Origin: Cycas panzhihuaensis
Lineage: Eukaryota; Plantae; Cycadophyta
Direction: 5' to 3'
Assembly (NCBI GenBank): GCA_023213395.1
Contig: CM041465.1
Location: forward strand, 219,549,741-219,613,740
Length of the DNA stretch: 64,000 nucleotides
How positions within the stretch are numbered: position 1 is the stretch's first letter; every line of letters starts with the position of its first letter. A program made the translations under genes and the position numbers. The notes below the pieces were generated by a model, which saw nothing but the letters and a program-made list of their open reading frames with translations, was not told the origin of the DNA and made no database searches. This document shows positions 39,601 to 58,400 of this stretch, piece after piece.

Positions 39601-40880
39601 TAGACAGACTCCTATTAAACTATATAAAGGATTACTTGGTCTTATAGGCTTGTCAATAAATCTCAAGATGAGATTTGTTCTAGGTAACTTCATGGCATTA
39701 AATGTTAACCACTACATAATGAGACTTTAACAATCAATAGTTAACCTATTCTAGGAAGTGGAGAAGGGTCCTAAAGGGTCCTTCTATATACCTTATGATA
39801 CATAGAAGCTCAAATCCACGAGCGAGTTTTGTTTGAGGCCTAGGTATTAGGTCCTTACATATCCCCTCACTTCACATGCTGTTGTATATTCTAGTCGTGC
39901 TTAGCCAATAATGATAAATCCAATATGATATTTATAGACCCTTAGAATGGGGTCTCTAAGGTAGGGAATAATTAGTTGCCAAGCAAAGTTATCTACTCAT
40001 GAGTGACTAACAAAAACAAGAGAAATCAAGCTTAATAATAAGAAGCATAACCTCTTAAAAATTAAAAGAAAATAATTTTAAAACTAGATAAAGATTTTTA
40101 CTTCCCTAACATAGGTTTTTCTACAGTTTGCAACTATATAGTACTATTATATAGAATTGTACAACCTACTATACAGACTGCCTTGATAGCCAAAAATTTG
40201 ACCTCAGAATTTAATGAAACAATTGTCAAAGGAAACATTTTTCCATGAAGAATTCAAACCTAGTCTCAATTTTCTGATTTGAGCTCTGGATGAAAAGATA
40301 ATCCTCCTCAAAGCGTAGACTAGCATTCAGAATTTAATAGCTTTTTTTCTTGATTATTCATCGATGTTAATTAAACCTCATTGAGTTATATATCATTGGA
40401 AAGATTTTCTCAAGGGATTTCATTTGATACCATATTTATTTTTGATATCAGTATATATAGAGAGAAGTCAATAAATGAAGCAGAACTTGGGTAGCTTAGG
40501 TCTTTACCCTATTCTATCAAATCTATGAGAAATCTACCTTCAACCTTTTAGAAAGAGATGATTAACATATAGAGGTGAGTCTACCTATAAATTTTGAGCT
40601 AAATTTGAGATGGTCAATTTTCTTATTTATACAGTGTATAAATTATCCATATGATCATACGCATTTTTGATGTTTAGATATATAGAGTGACCTATCCTAG
40701 TTATAATACCATGTTAGAGTAGAGAATAGATGGAAGAGAGAAGAATAGAGAATTGTATTATTATTAAGATGTACATCATGTATTTATATATAGGGGATCA
40801 TTAATAGTAACCCTAATTTATAGTTACTTTATTAATGACATGACGTATACTAAGGTAGTAAGACATTACTTATTCTAACA
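35215..40880 (-). mobile_element. Ty1/copia element B, full-length and degenerate (3' LTR 35215-35381, 5' LTR 40712-40880; gag ATG at 39591)
   Basis: ~168-bp LTR pair, PBS remnant at 40700-40711, PPT TCCCCTTTT at 35382, TSD TACAT/TA(C/T)AC. RT MEEEMDSIKKNKTSDLV..CKWLFKVK, GAG-pre-integrase KLWHLYYGHLS, gag MASSLHIFD..LTRDNYKS. Confidence 0.88.
36546..36651. repeat. (TA)n microsatellite, ~105 bp
   Basis: Directly visible, inside Copia B RT. Confidence 0.98.
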
Positions 40881-41323
40881 TATACATCCTAGTATTCATG
40901 TACATCGAGATGTGTGAGATATACACATATCTGTGTAATTATATTATTAGATGATGCAAATGTTCAAGACACATCATATGCTACTCATGAGGTGAGTCAT
41001 ATTATAAATATGTGCATATACCACTTGAGAACTTGAGAAAGGTTGAAGACATAGAGATGTTATTATTATAATCATAAGAGGAGTCTAAACTCCATATTCT
41101 CTTGTGATTTTTTCCACACTAGGTTTTCTATGTATAAATCTTGGTGTCTTTTTTGTGGTGATGTTATGATACTTATGAATGCTTTATACATTTGATATTT
41201 ACTTTATATGTTGATTCATTTACTTATGTACATAATTCATGAGATACTTCTGATATTATACTTGCATCATATTACTCTGTATTTTAACATGGTATCTGAT
41301 TAAACTTTAACACAGTATCAAAG
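40881..41323 (+). mobile_element. LTR remnant with two tandem tRNA-Met PBS motifs (duplicate at 53514-53956)
   Basis: TTTTAACA-TGGTATCTGA (41290) and TTTAACA-(TG/CA)GTATCAAAG (41313; TGG in the duplicate at 53946). Confidence 0.55.
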
Positions 41324-42853
41324 TAATATTTTAAATAATTTTTTATTTTATTAAAATTTTATTTAAAATTTGAATAAATTTTAAAATCTGTTAGCAATTT
41401 CTAAAGGATCGCATATTTTTTTATGGGACATTGGCATGATTTTATCATAACTCATTACTTATATGTTAGACTTTAGTGCCATCAGTTGCATTGAAAATAG
41501 AACTTTGAGACAATCAAAATAAGTGGTCGCATGACATACTTCAAACAATAGAGGATAGGAAAAATGAATAGTAAAATACGTGCAAATGTTTAAAATTTAA
41601 TTAAAAGTACATTTGATGATAGTTTTTAGATTTGTTTTCATATAACCTATAGTTTTTTAGCATTCTTGACAATATGGTAAAATTATTTTTGCATTTGGAT
41701 GCAAGAAGTATGTTTGGTTCAAAATTAAGCAAAAATTACTAATTTATGACAATTTAAAGGCTCATATTAATGAAATTTCAATAAAGTAGATCATATTCTT
41801 GTAAGACATAGTTATGTGTACTCATGTATGCTAAACATAAATTTTTTCCCCTTGCATATATTCACATTTGGTTCAATGTGATCCAAGTACATTTGCTAAA
41901 TTGTCAAATCACCTAATTTGATGCATTTTACCTAGTTTATTTCATATATGATCACCACCCACTATTTCTTATCCACTTGGTTATTTGCTAATATATTAGT
42001 TATCGAGATTCTCTAGCTAATATTCAATAATTGAGGTTGACCAAATATTAAAGCTATCATTGTTGATAGTATTTGATATAACTCCATAAGTGAAGATATG
42101 AAGTCATATGAAACTTCATATAATCTATGATGGTTAAGTCATGATGTTGATCTATAATTGTAAAGTCATGAAGATGTTGATTGTTGATATATAAGGGTTT
42201 TTTTATATGAAGCCCAAACCATACTAAAAAGGCTATCACTTTTACAAATTAATGTGATGAGATAGACCCACAAGGTGGTTGATTCATATTTGGTTATATT
42301 TCACTTAAGGTTCCTTTGTTATAGGAGACAAGTAAGATGATTATAACATTTTCTAGGTTACAAGCAATGGAATAGGTGATTCCACATAATGTTTAATGTA
42401 TTTGATGTTTTAAGGCTCTTCTTTTTTAATATATAAAAATGAGAGAGGATATTTAAGAAAGGAATTTAAGCTTCTTGATCATCAAGTTACAGCATCCCAT
42501 TTTCATGTTAAGCATATTTCTATGTCAAGATAGAGGATTTGAAGACTTTATTTTTTAGCATGACAGAGATTTGATTTAATTTCTTTTGAGGATCTTAAGA
42601 ACCCTTTTTTTATTAAACACTTATGAGAGTTTTTCTTACTAATCACATCTGATATTTTCTTGTTAGCAGTTGTATTACTAGTAGAAAATGCTTCATAAAA
42701 GCATATCTTATTTTTAATAAACTTAGAAAGCTCAAACTCCAAGTGATATTCATTTATATCCTTAAAGGAACCACATAGAATGAAGGCTTCGAGTTGAACC
42801 CTACTCATGTACTTTTATTGAATCACAAATTGGTTGCCTTAAATGAGAATGAA

Positions 42854-43627
42854 TGTAGTGATAAGATTCACTTAAACCCCAAATATCTATTCGAAATAGA
42901 CTCCAAAATAAAAGTAATACACAATAAGTGATAATAGAATATGTCTAAAATGCAACAAAAAATAAATGGAAAGGAGGGCTACCAAATCACAAATTAATTA
43001 AGAAATAAATGAATAAAATATCAATATATATAAGGTAATTAAATGTCAGTTAAATATAGTATTAGATCCAAGGTAATACTCCTTGTTCAAGGCGAGGTAG
43101 CCTCCAAGTACCGCTACCCAAAGGGCTAAAATACTATTGTCTTGAAGGCAGAAAATTTCTTACCAAATCAGAGACAACATGAATGGGAATGAGGTCCTTG
43201 ATCCCCTTATATAGTTGGATTCTACTTGCAATTAGAAGTTGGCCAAGATAAGATGAAATATTATCTTGAATAACTCATGTAAGTTAGCCAGAACATTAAT
43301 TCTAAGTTGGCCAAGACTAAGTAATTTGAATTACTACATGTCTTGCCCCTCTAAAACATGCTTTGCCCTCAAAGCATGGGTAAATTGGGATGCTCTTGTA
43401 ACCAAGATTTAGACTCCTAAATGACATCCTCTATATTTAGAGTCTTCTATTTTATGAGGAATTCTTAGATTCTTCTAAAGCGTAGTTCTCTTATCCTTGT
43501 CCATAGAATTCCTTTAGGCTCAATAGTCATCTTCCCCTATTTGTCTAATTTTAGAATTATTGTTTAAGCAGTTATCTTCTTACATATCTTCTTCTTCAAG
43601 CAGGATATATGGAAGATATTGTGAATC
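42854..43627 (-). mobile_element. Duplicated 3' end of chromovirus gypsy (3' LTR 42854-43338, PPT, chromodomain)
   Basis: LTR TGTAGTGA...TTACTACA. The minus strand reads EFLIK*KTLNIEDVI*ES (chromodomain remnant) and then the purine tract AGAGGGGCAAGA. Confidence 0.8.
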
Positions 43628-46600
43628 TTGTCATTTCCAGTTGCCCTTTCATTGGGATCATGGATTTCATCAAACAATAGAGCTGTCGACGTTAGATCTC
43701 ATTTGTGCATCAAAAAATAAATTTTTTTTTATATGCTATATATTATAACATTATGTTATATACATAAGAATCTTTAAAAGAATATTCTTACTTTCATATA
43801 AGGTTTCTTTTATATAGATTGTTCTTTTAATTATTTCTTATATTTTGAGGGACCTTTATTCACTCCTTGTAGAATATTTTTTTCATCAATTGGGACTTAT
43901 ATCATAATAGGAATTAATCTGTTATTAATATGGTGTAATTAATCCTCTTCAAGTATATTTTTTTAGCTCAACTTGTATTTTGAAGAGTATTTTTCTAATT
44001 ACCTTATGGTCACTTAGTGATATTAAACACTCATATTAGCATTATTAAAAATATTTACTCCTTGATTTCCTTAATTGCAAGATTCCACAATATTATTTGT
44101 GAATATTATAGGTTATATTTTACTTGAGTCATGGAAGTTAGATGGAAAAAAATATGTAACATCAAAATTTAAAATTTTCAACATTCTAGCCTTACATAGG
44201 CTCATGGAAGTTGTAGATGAGTTAATCACTCATCTTCAAGGAAAAATATTAGCATCAGATGCATGGAAGACTCTAAGGGATCTATTTGAGACCAAAAATG
44301 AAACTAGAGTCTTATATCTTTAAAATTTTATTTACTCATGTAAAATGTCCAATAATGATTCCATATCTTCTCATTTATAAAAATTGAAAGAGATAAAAGA
44401 GAAGCTTGTTATAGTAGGGGAAGTTGTACAAGACAAAGAGCTTGTAAGCATAACTTTGAATAGATTGTGTGAAGGATATCACATCTTTATGACAAGGCTA
44501 TATCTTATAAGATGACCTGAACCTCTAACCTTTAAAGAATTAGGTAGCATGAAGAACAACATATGGGCTTCGATGATCGTGGTGGTAGTAGTGCTATAGT
44601 GCTTGCATCAAAGTTCAAGAAGAAACCTCCAAATAATAGTCCAAGCCAACAATCATAAAGAAGGAACAGTAATATACAAAAACCAATATATGATGTTATT
44701 TGTAAGTATTGCAATAAGAAGGGACATTTAGAGAAGTAATGTTAGGAGAAGAAAGATGATAAGAACAAAATTATTACTACTTTGTCTATAAATGAAGATG
44801 ACAAAGTGTTTATGTTTAATGCTACAAGCCAAGAGAGATGTTAGTGGTACATTGATTTAGGAGCATCTAAACATATCACTTATCATAAGGATTGGTTTGA
44901 AGATTTGAAAGATTATCAAATTCCTTCTATTATTCTTCATGATAATAGTTGGCATCAAGTTGTTAGTTGTGGTAATATTAACATTCATCAACTAGAGTAT
45001 GGCACTTTCAAGGTTTCAAATGTCTTACTTATACCCTCCTTCTAGCACAACTTGCTATCTCTTAGTTGTATTACTAAGTAGAATTTAATGAGTCAAAGTG
45101 CTTAATGAAGAAAGATGAAGTTGTAATTGCTCAAGGTGTTTAAGAGAATGGAATTTATAAGTTCTCTAGTACATATGAGCTTGGTCTTATTACTCAAAAT
45201 TTTGTTAACACTTTATGGCTTGACTATTATTGTCATTTGAATTATTCTAGCCTTCGGCTTATGTATAGATAGAGTATAGTGAATGATTTACCATTAATCA
45301 AGAAAACTGACAAGGTTTGTGAAGTATGTGCACTTCCAAGGTAGCATAGGGAACCATTCTAGAAATCTAAGTGGCAAGCTAAGAAGAAGTTAGAGTTGGC
45401 ATACTCTAACTTATGTGGGCTACTTTCACCATCTTCATATGGAGGAGCACAATACTTTATCACATTTATTGATGATTTTATAAGAAGATGTTGGGTGTAT
45501 CTCCTTAAACATAAGTCAGATACTTTTATAAAGTTTAAAGAATTTAAGGTTGAAGCTAAAAATCCTTCCTATAGAAAGATTAAGATCTTGAGGAGTGATA
45601 GCAAAGGCAAATATTTGTCTAATGAATTTAATAACTTTTGTAAAAATCATGGCATACAACATCAACTTATAATAATATATACTCCATAACAAAATGGCAT
45701 TACAAAGTAGAAGAATCATACCATCCTTGAAATGGCATGATGCATGATGAAAGCTAGAGAAATTCCTAAGGGAATTTGGGGAGAAGTTGTTAATACATTT
45801 ATGTACTTATTGAATATAAGGCCTACTAGTGCAATTTAAAATGTAACTCCTAAAGAGGCTTGGACTCTTCTAAAACCTTATGTTGTACATCTTTGCATTT
45901 TTGGATGTATTATATATGTCCATGTGCTTAATGAAAGAAGGCAAAAACTTGATAATAAGAGTATAAAATATAATCCTGTAGGATATAACATGACATCAAA
46001 AGCGTATAGGCTTTGGAGTCTCTCTAAGAAAAAGATTATTCGTAGTAGCAATGTTTTATTTTAAGGAACTAATAATTATGATCAGCTTATTGTACCCATT
46101 AGAGAAGATAAAAAAACATAAAGGAAAATAAATTAGAGAGGATAAGAAAAGTAAAGAGAGTGATCATGGTGAAGCTTCTACTTCTTTTGTTTCTCCCTCT
46201 TCTACTATTCTTGTTTCTTCTTAAAAGAAATTACCAAAGTTATATTTTTAAACCACTCATGATTCTAGAGATGTGAATCTTATTTTAGGAATTTGAATAA
46301 GGAGTAAAAGTAATCTTGCCTTAATGATAAAAATATTAAGTGTTAATAAACCACAAACATTCTATGAAGCCAAAGATATGGCTCGTTGGCAAGTAGCCAT
46401 GAAGGAAGAGTATGACCCCATTATGAAGAATGACACTTGGGATCTTGTTAAGTTACCACTAAGTAAAAAGGTAATTGGTTACAGATGGTTGTATCAAGTT
46501 AAATATCAATCTGATGGTGCTATAAAAAGATACAAGGCTTGACTTATTAGAAAATGCTATGCTTAGACACCCAGAACTAATTTTGAGGAGACTTTCATAC

Positions 46601-47232
46601 CTGTAGTAAAAATGACCACTATTTAGATGCTAATTTCCTTTCCAGCTCAATTTGGTTGGGAACTTCATGAAATAGATATAAAGAATACATTCTTAAATAG
46701 AATTCTAGATGAAGAAGTCTACATGAAATAGCTTGAAGGATTTGAGGAAGTTGGAGGTGTGTAGCTTATTTATAGATTGAAGAAATCTCTATATGGGCTT
46801 AAATAGACATCAAAGGCATGACATTCACACATTGATGATTATTTCATCTATCTTAGATTCATAAGATATGAATCAAATGAATCACATGAGGATGATCAAA
46901 TCCTAATTATAGCTTTATATATTGATGACTTCATGTTGAATAGTTGTAATATTAAAAAGATTAGCACACTCAAAAAGTGATTGTTAAAATCTTTTAAAAT
47001 GACTAATCTTAGACTTTACACTTCTACATTAGGATGGAAATCTGGCAAAAAGGTAATCATATCTTTGTGTCTCACTCAAAACATACCTATTATTTATTAA
47101 GACACTTCTATATAGAGAAATATATATTAGTTACAACACTTATGGGAGTTGGTCTTAAATTGGTAAAGGAAACTAGTGATAAAATAATAGATGAAACTCT
47201 ATATAGGAAACTAGTGGGAAGTTTTATATATA
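43628..47232 (+). mobile_element. Copia element A, duplicated internal part (no LTR/PBS)
   Basis: Same gag/INT/RT peptides as 31254-34858. Confidence 0.88.
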
Positions 47233-47588
47233 TGGAGGACATTATCCTATTCATGTAATTATCCTATTGGAAGACATATGGGTTATTACATGTGATTGGA
47301 TAAGTATGAGGTGACATGTACTATAAGTATGTATTCATACTAATGCAATAATTGAAAGTGATCATTTCCCACAAGTTTTGTTGTATTATGTATCTATACA
47401 TACTTCATCTTTCATGTGTTTCTTTATTGTTTTATTATTAATCACTTCATACTTGTTGAATACTTTACTTTAATATTTTTATCTTTCTAACATGATGATT
47501 ATAGAGGTAAACTCTGAATCTAATATTTTAACATGGTATTAGAGTAATCACATATGTAATGTTTAATGTATATAATGTATACATACAT

Positions 47589-53513
<5,925 letters not shown>

Positions 53514-55484
53514 TACACATCCTATTATTCATGTACATCGCGATATGTGAGATATACACATATCTGTGTAATTATATTATTAGATGATGCAAATGTTCAA
53601 GACACATCATATGCTACTCATGAGGTGAGTCATATTATAAATATGTGCATATACCACTTGAGAACTTGAGAAAGGTTGAAGACATAGAGATGTAATTATT
53701 ATAATCATAAGAGGAGTCTAAACTCCATATTCTCTTGTGATTTTTTCCACACTAGGTTTTCTATGTATAAATCTTGGTGTCTTTTTTGTGGTGATGTTAT
53801 GATACTTATGAATGCTTTATACATTTGATATTTACTTTATATGTTGATTCATTTACTTATGTACATAATTCATGAGATACTTATGATATTATACTTGCAT
53901 CATATTACTCTATGTTTTAACATGGTATCTGATTAAACTTTAACATGGTATCAAAGTAATATTTTAAATAATTTTTTATTTTATTAAAATTTTATTTAAA
54001 ATTTGAATAAATTTTAAAATCTGCTAGCAATTTCTAAAGGATCGCATATTTTTTTATGGGACATTGGCATGATTTTATCATAACTCATTACTTATATGTT
54101 AGACTTTAGTGCCATCAGTTGCATTGAAAATAGAACTTTGAGACAATCAAAATAAGTGGTTGCATGACATACTTCAAACAATAGAGGATAGGAAAAATGA
54201 ATAGTAAAATACGTGCAAATGTTTAAAATTTAATTAAAAGTACATTTGATGATAGTTTTTAGATTTGTTTTCATATATCCTATAGTTTTTTAGCATTCTT
54301 GATAATATGGTAAAATTATTTTTACATTTGGATGCAAGAAGTATGTTTGGTTTAAAATTAAGAAAAATTTACTAATTTATGACAATTTAAAGGCTCATAT
54401 TAATGAAATTTCAATAAAGTAGATCATATTCTTGTAAGACATGGTTATGTGTACTCATGTATGCTAAACATCAATTTTTTCCCCTTGCATATATTCACAT
54501 TTGGTTCAATGTGATCCAAATACATTTGCTAAATTGTCAAATCACCTAATTTGATGCATTTTACCTAGTTTATTTCATATATGATTACCACCTACTATTT
54601 CTTATCCACTTGGTTATTTGGTAATATATTAGTTATCGAGATTCTCTAGCTAATATTCAATAATTGAGGTTGACCAAATATTAAAGCTATCATTGTTGAT
54701 AGTATTTGATATAACTCCATAAGTGAAGATATGAAGTCATGTGAAACTTCATATAATTTATGATGGTTAAGTCATAATGTTGATCATAATTATAAAGTCA
54801 TGAAGATGTTGATTGTTGACATATAAGGATTTTTTTATGTGAAGCCCAAACCATACCAAAAAGGCTATCACTTTTACAAATTAATGTGATGAGATAGACC
54901 CACAAGGTGGTTGATTCATATTTGGCTATATTTCACTTAAGATTCCTTTCTTATAGAAGACAAGTAAGATGATTATAACATTTTCTAGGTTACAAGCAAT
55001 GGAATAGGTGATTCCACATAATGTTTAATGTATTTGATGTTTTAAGGCTCTTCTTTTTTAATATATAAAAATGAGAGAGGATATTTAAGAAAGGAATTTA
55101 AGCTTCTTGATCATCAAGTTACAGCATCCATTTTCATGTTAAGCCTATTTCTATGTCAAGATAGAGGATTTGAAGACTTTATTTTTTAGCATGACAGAGA
55201 TTTGGTTTAATTTCTTTTGAGGCTCTTAAGAACCCTTTTTTGATTAAACACTTATGAGAGTTTTTCTTACTAATCACATCTGATATTTTCTTATTAGCAA
55301 TTGTATTACTAGTAGAAAATGCTTTATAAAAGCATATCTTATTTTTAATAAACTTAAAAAGCTTAAACTCCAAGTGATATTCATTTATATCCTTAAAGGA
55401 ACCACATAGAATGGAGGCTTCAAGCTAAACCCTACTCATGTACTTTTATTGAATCACAAATTGGTTGCCTTAAATGAGAATGAA

Positions 55485-58400
55485 TGTAGTGATAAGATTC
55501 ACTTAAACCCCAAATATCTATTCGAAATAGACTCCAAAATACAAGTAATACATAATAAGTGATAATGGAATATGTCTAAAATGCAACAAAAAATAAATGG
55601 AAAGGAGGGCTGCCAAATCACAAATTAATTAGGAAATAAATGAATAAAATATCAATAGATGTAAGGTAATTAAATGTCAGTTAAATATAATATTGGATCC
55701 AAGGTAATACTCCCTCTTCAAGGCGAGGTAGCCTCCAACTACCGCTACCCAAAGGGCTAAAATACTATTACCTTAAAGGCAGAAAATTTCTTACCAAATC
55801 AAAGACAACATGAATGGGAATGAGGGCCCTGATCCCCTTATATAGTTGGATTCTACTTGCAATTATAAGTTGGCCAAGATAAGATGAAATATTATCTTGA
55901 ATAACTCATGTAAGTCAACCAGAACATTAATTCTAAGTTGGCCAAGACTAAATAATTTGAATTACTACATGTCTTGCCCCTCTAAAACATGCTTTGCCCT
56001 TAAAGCATGGGTAAATTGGGATGCTCTTGCAACCAAGATTTAGACTCCTAAATGGCATCCTCTATATTTAGAGTCTTCCATTTTATGAGGAATTCTTAGA
56101 TTCTTCTAAAGCATAGTTCTCTTATCCTTGTCCATAGAATTCCTTTAGGTTCAATAGTCATCTTCCCCTATTTGTCTAATTTTAGAATTATTATTTAGGG
56201 AGTTATCTTCTCACATATCTTCTTCTTCAAGCAGGATATATGGAAGATGTTGTGAATTTTGCTTTGTGGGTTTAAGAGTAGGTGATACACTACTTCCTCG
56301 ATCTTTTCTTTAATTTGGTATGGTCTGTAAAGCCTTGGTACTAATTTCTATTTATTTGTTTGTTGTATTGATATCTATTTATAGGGTTGAAGTCTAAGAA
56401 ATACCCAATCTCCTACTCTTCTCTATTCTTTTTTGCATATAATTGTTGTTTCACACTATTCCTTATGGTATTTAGATTATCTTTTACTAGTTGAACTATT
56501 TGCTCTTGTTATTCATAGATCGATTGAACCTATGATATTTTTGTCTAGGTAAGTATAGATGGGGGTTTATATCCATACAGTACTTGGAATGATGGCATTT
56601 TAGTAGATGTATGGTTTATGATATTACACCATTGTTCTACTTGGTGGAGCCACTTCTTCCATTGCTTTTGTTTGTCTGAGAAAAAGTTTTATAAGTATCC
56701 TTCCAAACATTTGTTTATTACCTTAGTTTTTGCTTTTTGCTTTTTTGCTTTTTTTGCTTTTTGCTTTTTGCTTTTTTTGCTTTTTTTTTTTTTTTTTTTT
56801 GGGCACCGGGTTGGTCGATGACTATGTGTGCAAGACTGATGACAGACTGGCTAGAGACACTCGATTTAACAAATAGATGATGACTGACTCACTGAATGAC
56901 TAAGTGTGCACAACCCACTAATAGACCCACTGTACACTAGGTATGGGCTTGTCCGGTTTGTAGGCCCTCCGATATACTTATCATAGACGTAAATAATATC
57001 AACTTCTGAGGCAAACGCCCTACTCAGAGTTGTACTACCCCGCCTCTAGTGCGTGGAGAGTAACTTCACGGGCTAACCGCTTCTGGCACTACAAATTGCA
57101 GACAGTCAATAGGTTTCCTATGGTTACCTATACTAGGAAGGCCTATCTGGGGGATCCTCCTATATAACCGCAGGTACGTGGAGGCACAATTCCGTAGCTG
57201 AGTTCTATTTAAGGCTTGATTCAAGAGTGTGATCTCCAGTCCTTCACGCAAGGGATGGAAAAGCCACAATGTGCTTAGCCCAAAACGACAGATCCTTGTG
57301 ATATTTATAGACCCAAGACAGGTCTCTATCTAAATGCAAAAAGAGAACCGCGGTGGCGGTGTTAGGGTAAATGCCCGATCAAGTGTTATCTACCCCCAAA
57401 AAGCAAAGTAACTAAATGGAAATCAAATGAGAATAGGTACTAATGAGAGAGAGAAAAAAATGATGGAAAAAATTGATTATTTAGTACCTTGACTCTCCCA
57501 CAAGGAATGGATCGACCGCTCTAATACCACTTGGTAGGATACCACTCCTTAATGATAATTGCACACCAATATAATAAGCAAATAACTCCAAAAGAGCACT
57601 TATATTACAATACCCTTCGAGGGGGCAACCTCCCAATTACATGCAAATAACAATGATATTCAAGATATCCTACTCTAAGGATTACACAAATATATATATG
57701 TCTCTATGCTTACTACTCAACCGCCTCCTTATGCATGTGGGATATTACATGAATATATATAGTGCTCAATGACCACTACACAACCTTCTACTTATGCATG
57801 TGGGATATTAAGAAAAGGGAAGAAGTAGAAGAAATAAAGATATAAGAAAGAGAAGAAGTACAAGATATAAGAGAATATAAGAGAAGGTAAGTTAGGGGTT
57901 GGATCCCTAACATCATATATAATTTTGTTCTTGCTAACTTGAACAAATCTTGCCAAAAATAGCTAGTAAATTTTGGGTCTCTATCACTGACTATGATCTT
58001 TAGAAAATCATGCAATCAATATATTTTTTTACTATTTGACTTACCTTCACTGTAATTTGTGTCCTCCTAAAGTATGCATATTTTATAAGTCTGCCCACTA
58101 CTACAAAAATAGAGTCCTTTCCTTCTGATCATGGGAGGACCATAATGAAATCCATAGAAATTTCTTCCCATTTTTAGGTTGGGATATGTAGAGGTTATAA
58201 TAGTCCCAAGCTTTTCACATATTCTCCTTTGTTATATTGACAAATATCACATTCTGATACTTTGTTTAGAATGTTTACATTCATCCCCTTCTAATAAAAA
58301 GAATTCCTTATTTTTTGGTAGGTTTTATTAACTTGTATGTCTTCCTATAGGTGCTATATGAGCCTCATCTACTAAAACCTCCTTTATTTTAGACTTTATG

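Larger units (their letters stand above)
31254..43627 (+). repeat. Tandem segmental duplication, copy 1 (12,374 bp)
   Basis: Constant 12,374 offset of matching ORFs (31701/44075, 33950/46324, 35546/47920). Confidence 0.95.

Noticed and set aside
42548-42808. 86-aa ORF also present at 55179-55373
   Set aside because: The second copy is due to the tandem duplication and is truncated; no domain was recognised.
56830-56875. Hammerhead-like CTGATGA
   Set aside because: No GAAA core or supporting stems follow.
57330-57375. Twister-ribozyme-like start CCTAACACCGCC on the minus strand
   Set aside because: Downstream twister elements (UCNCAAGC, GAGGG, P1 partner) are absent, and the motif is not in the homologous Copia B leader.
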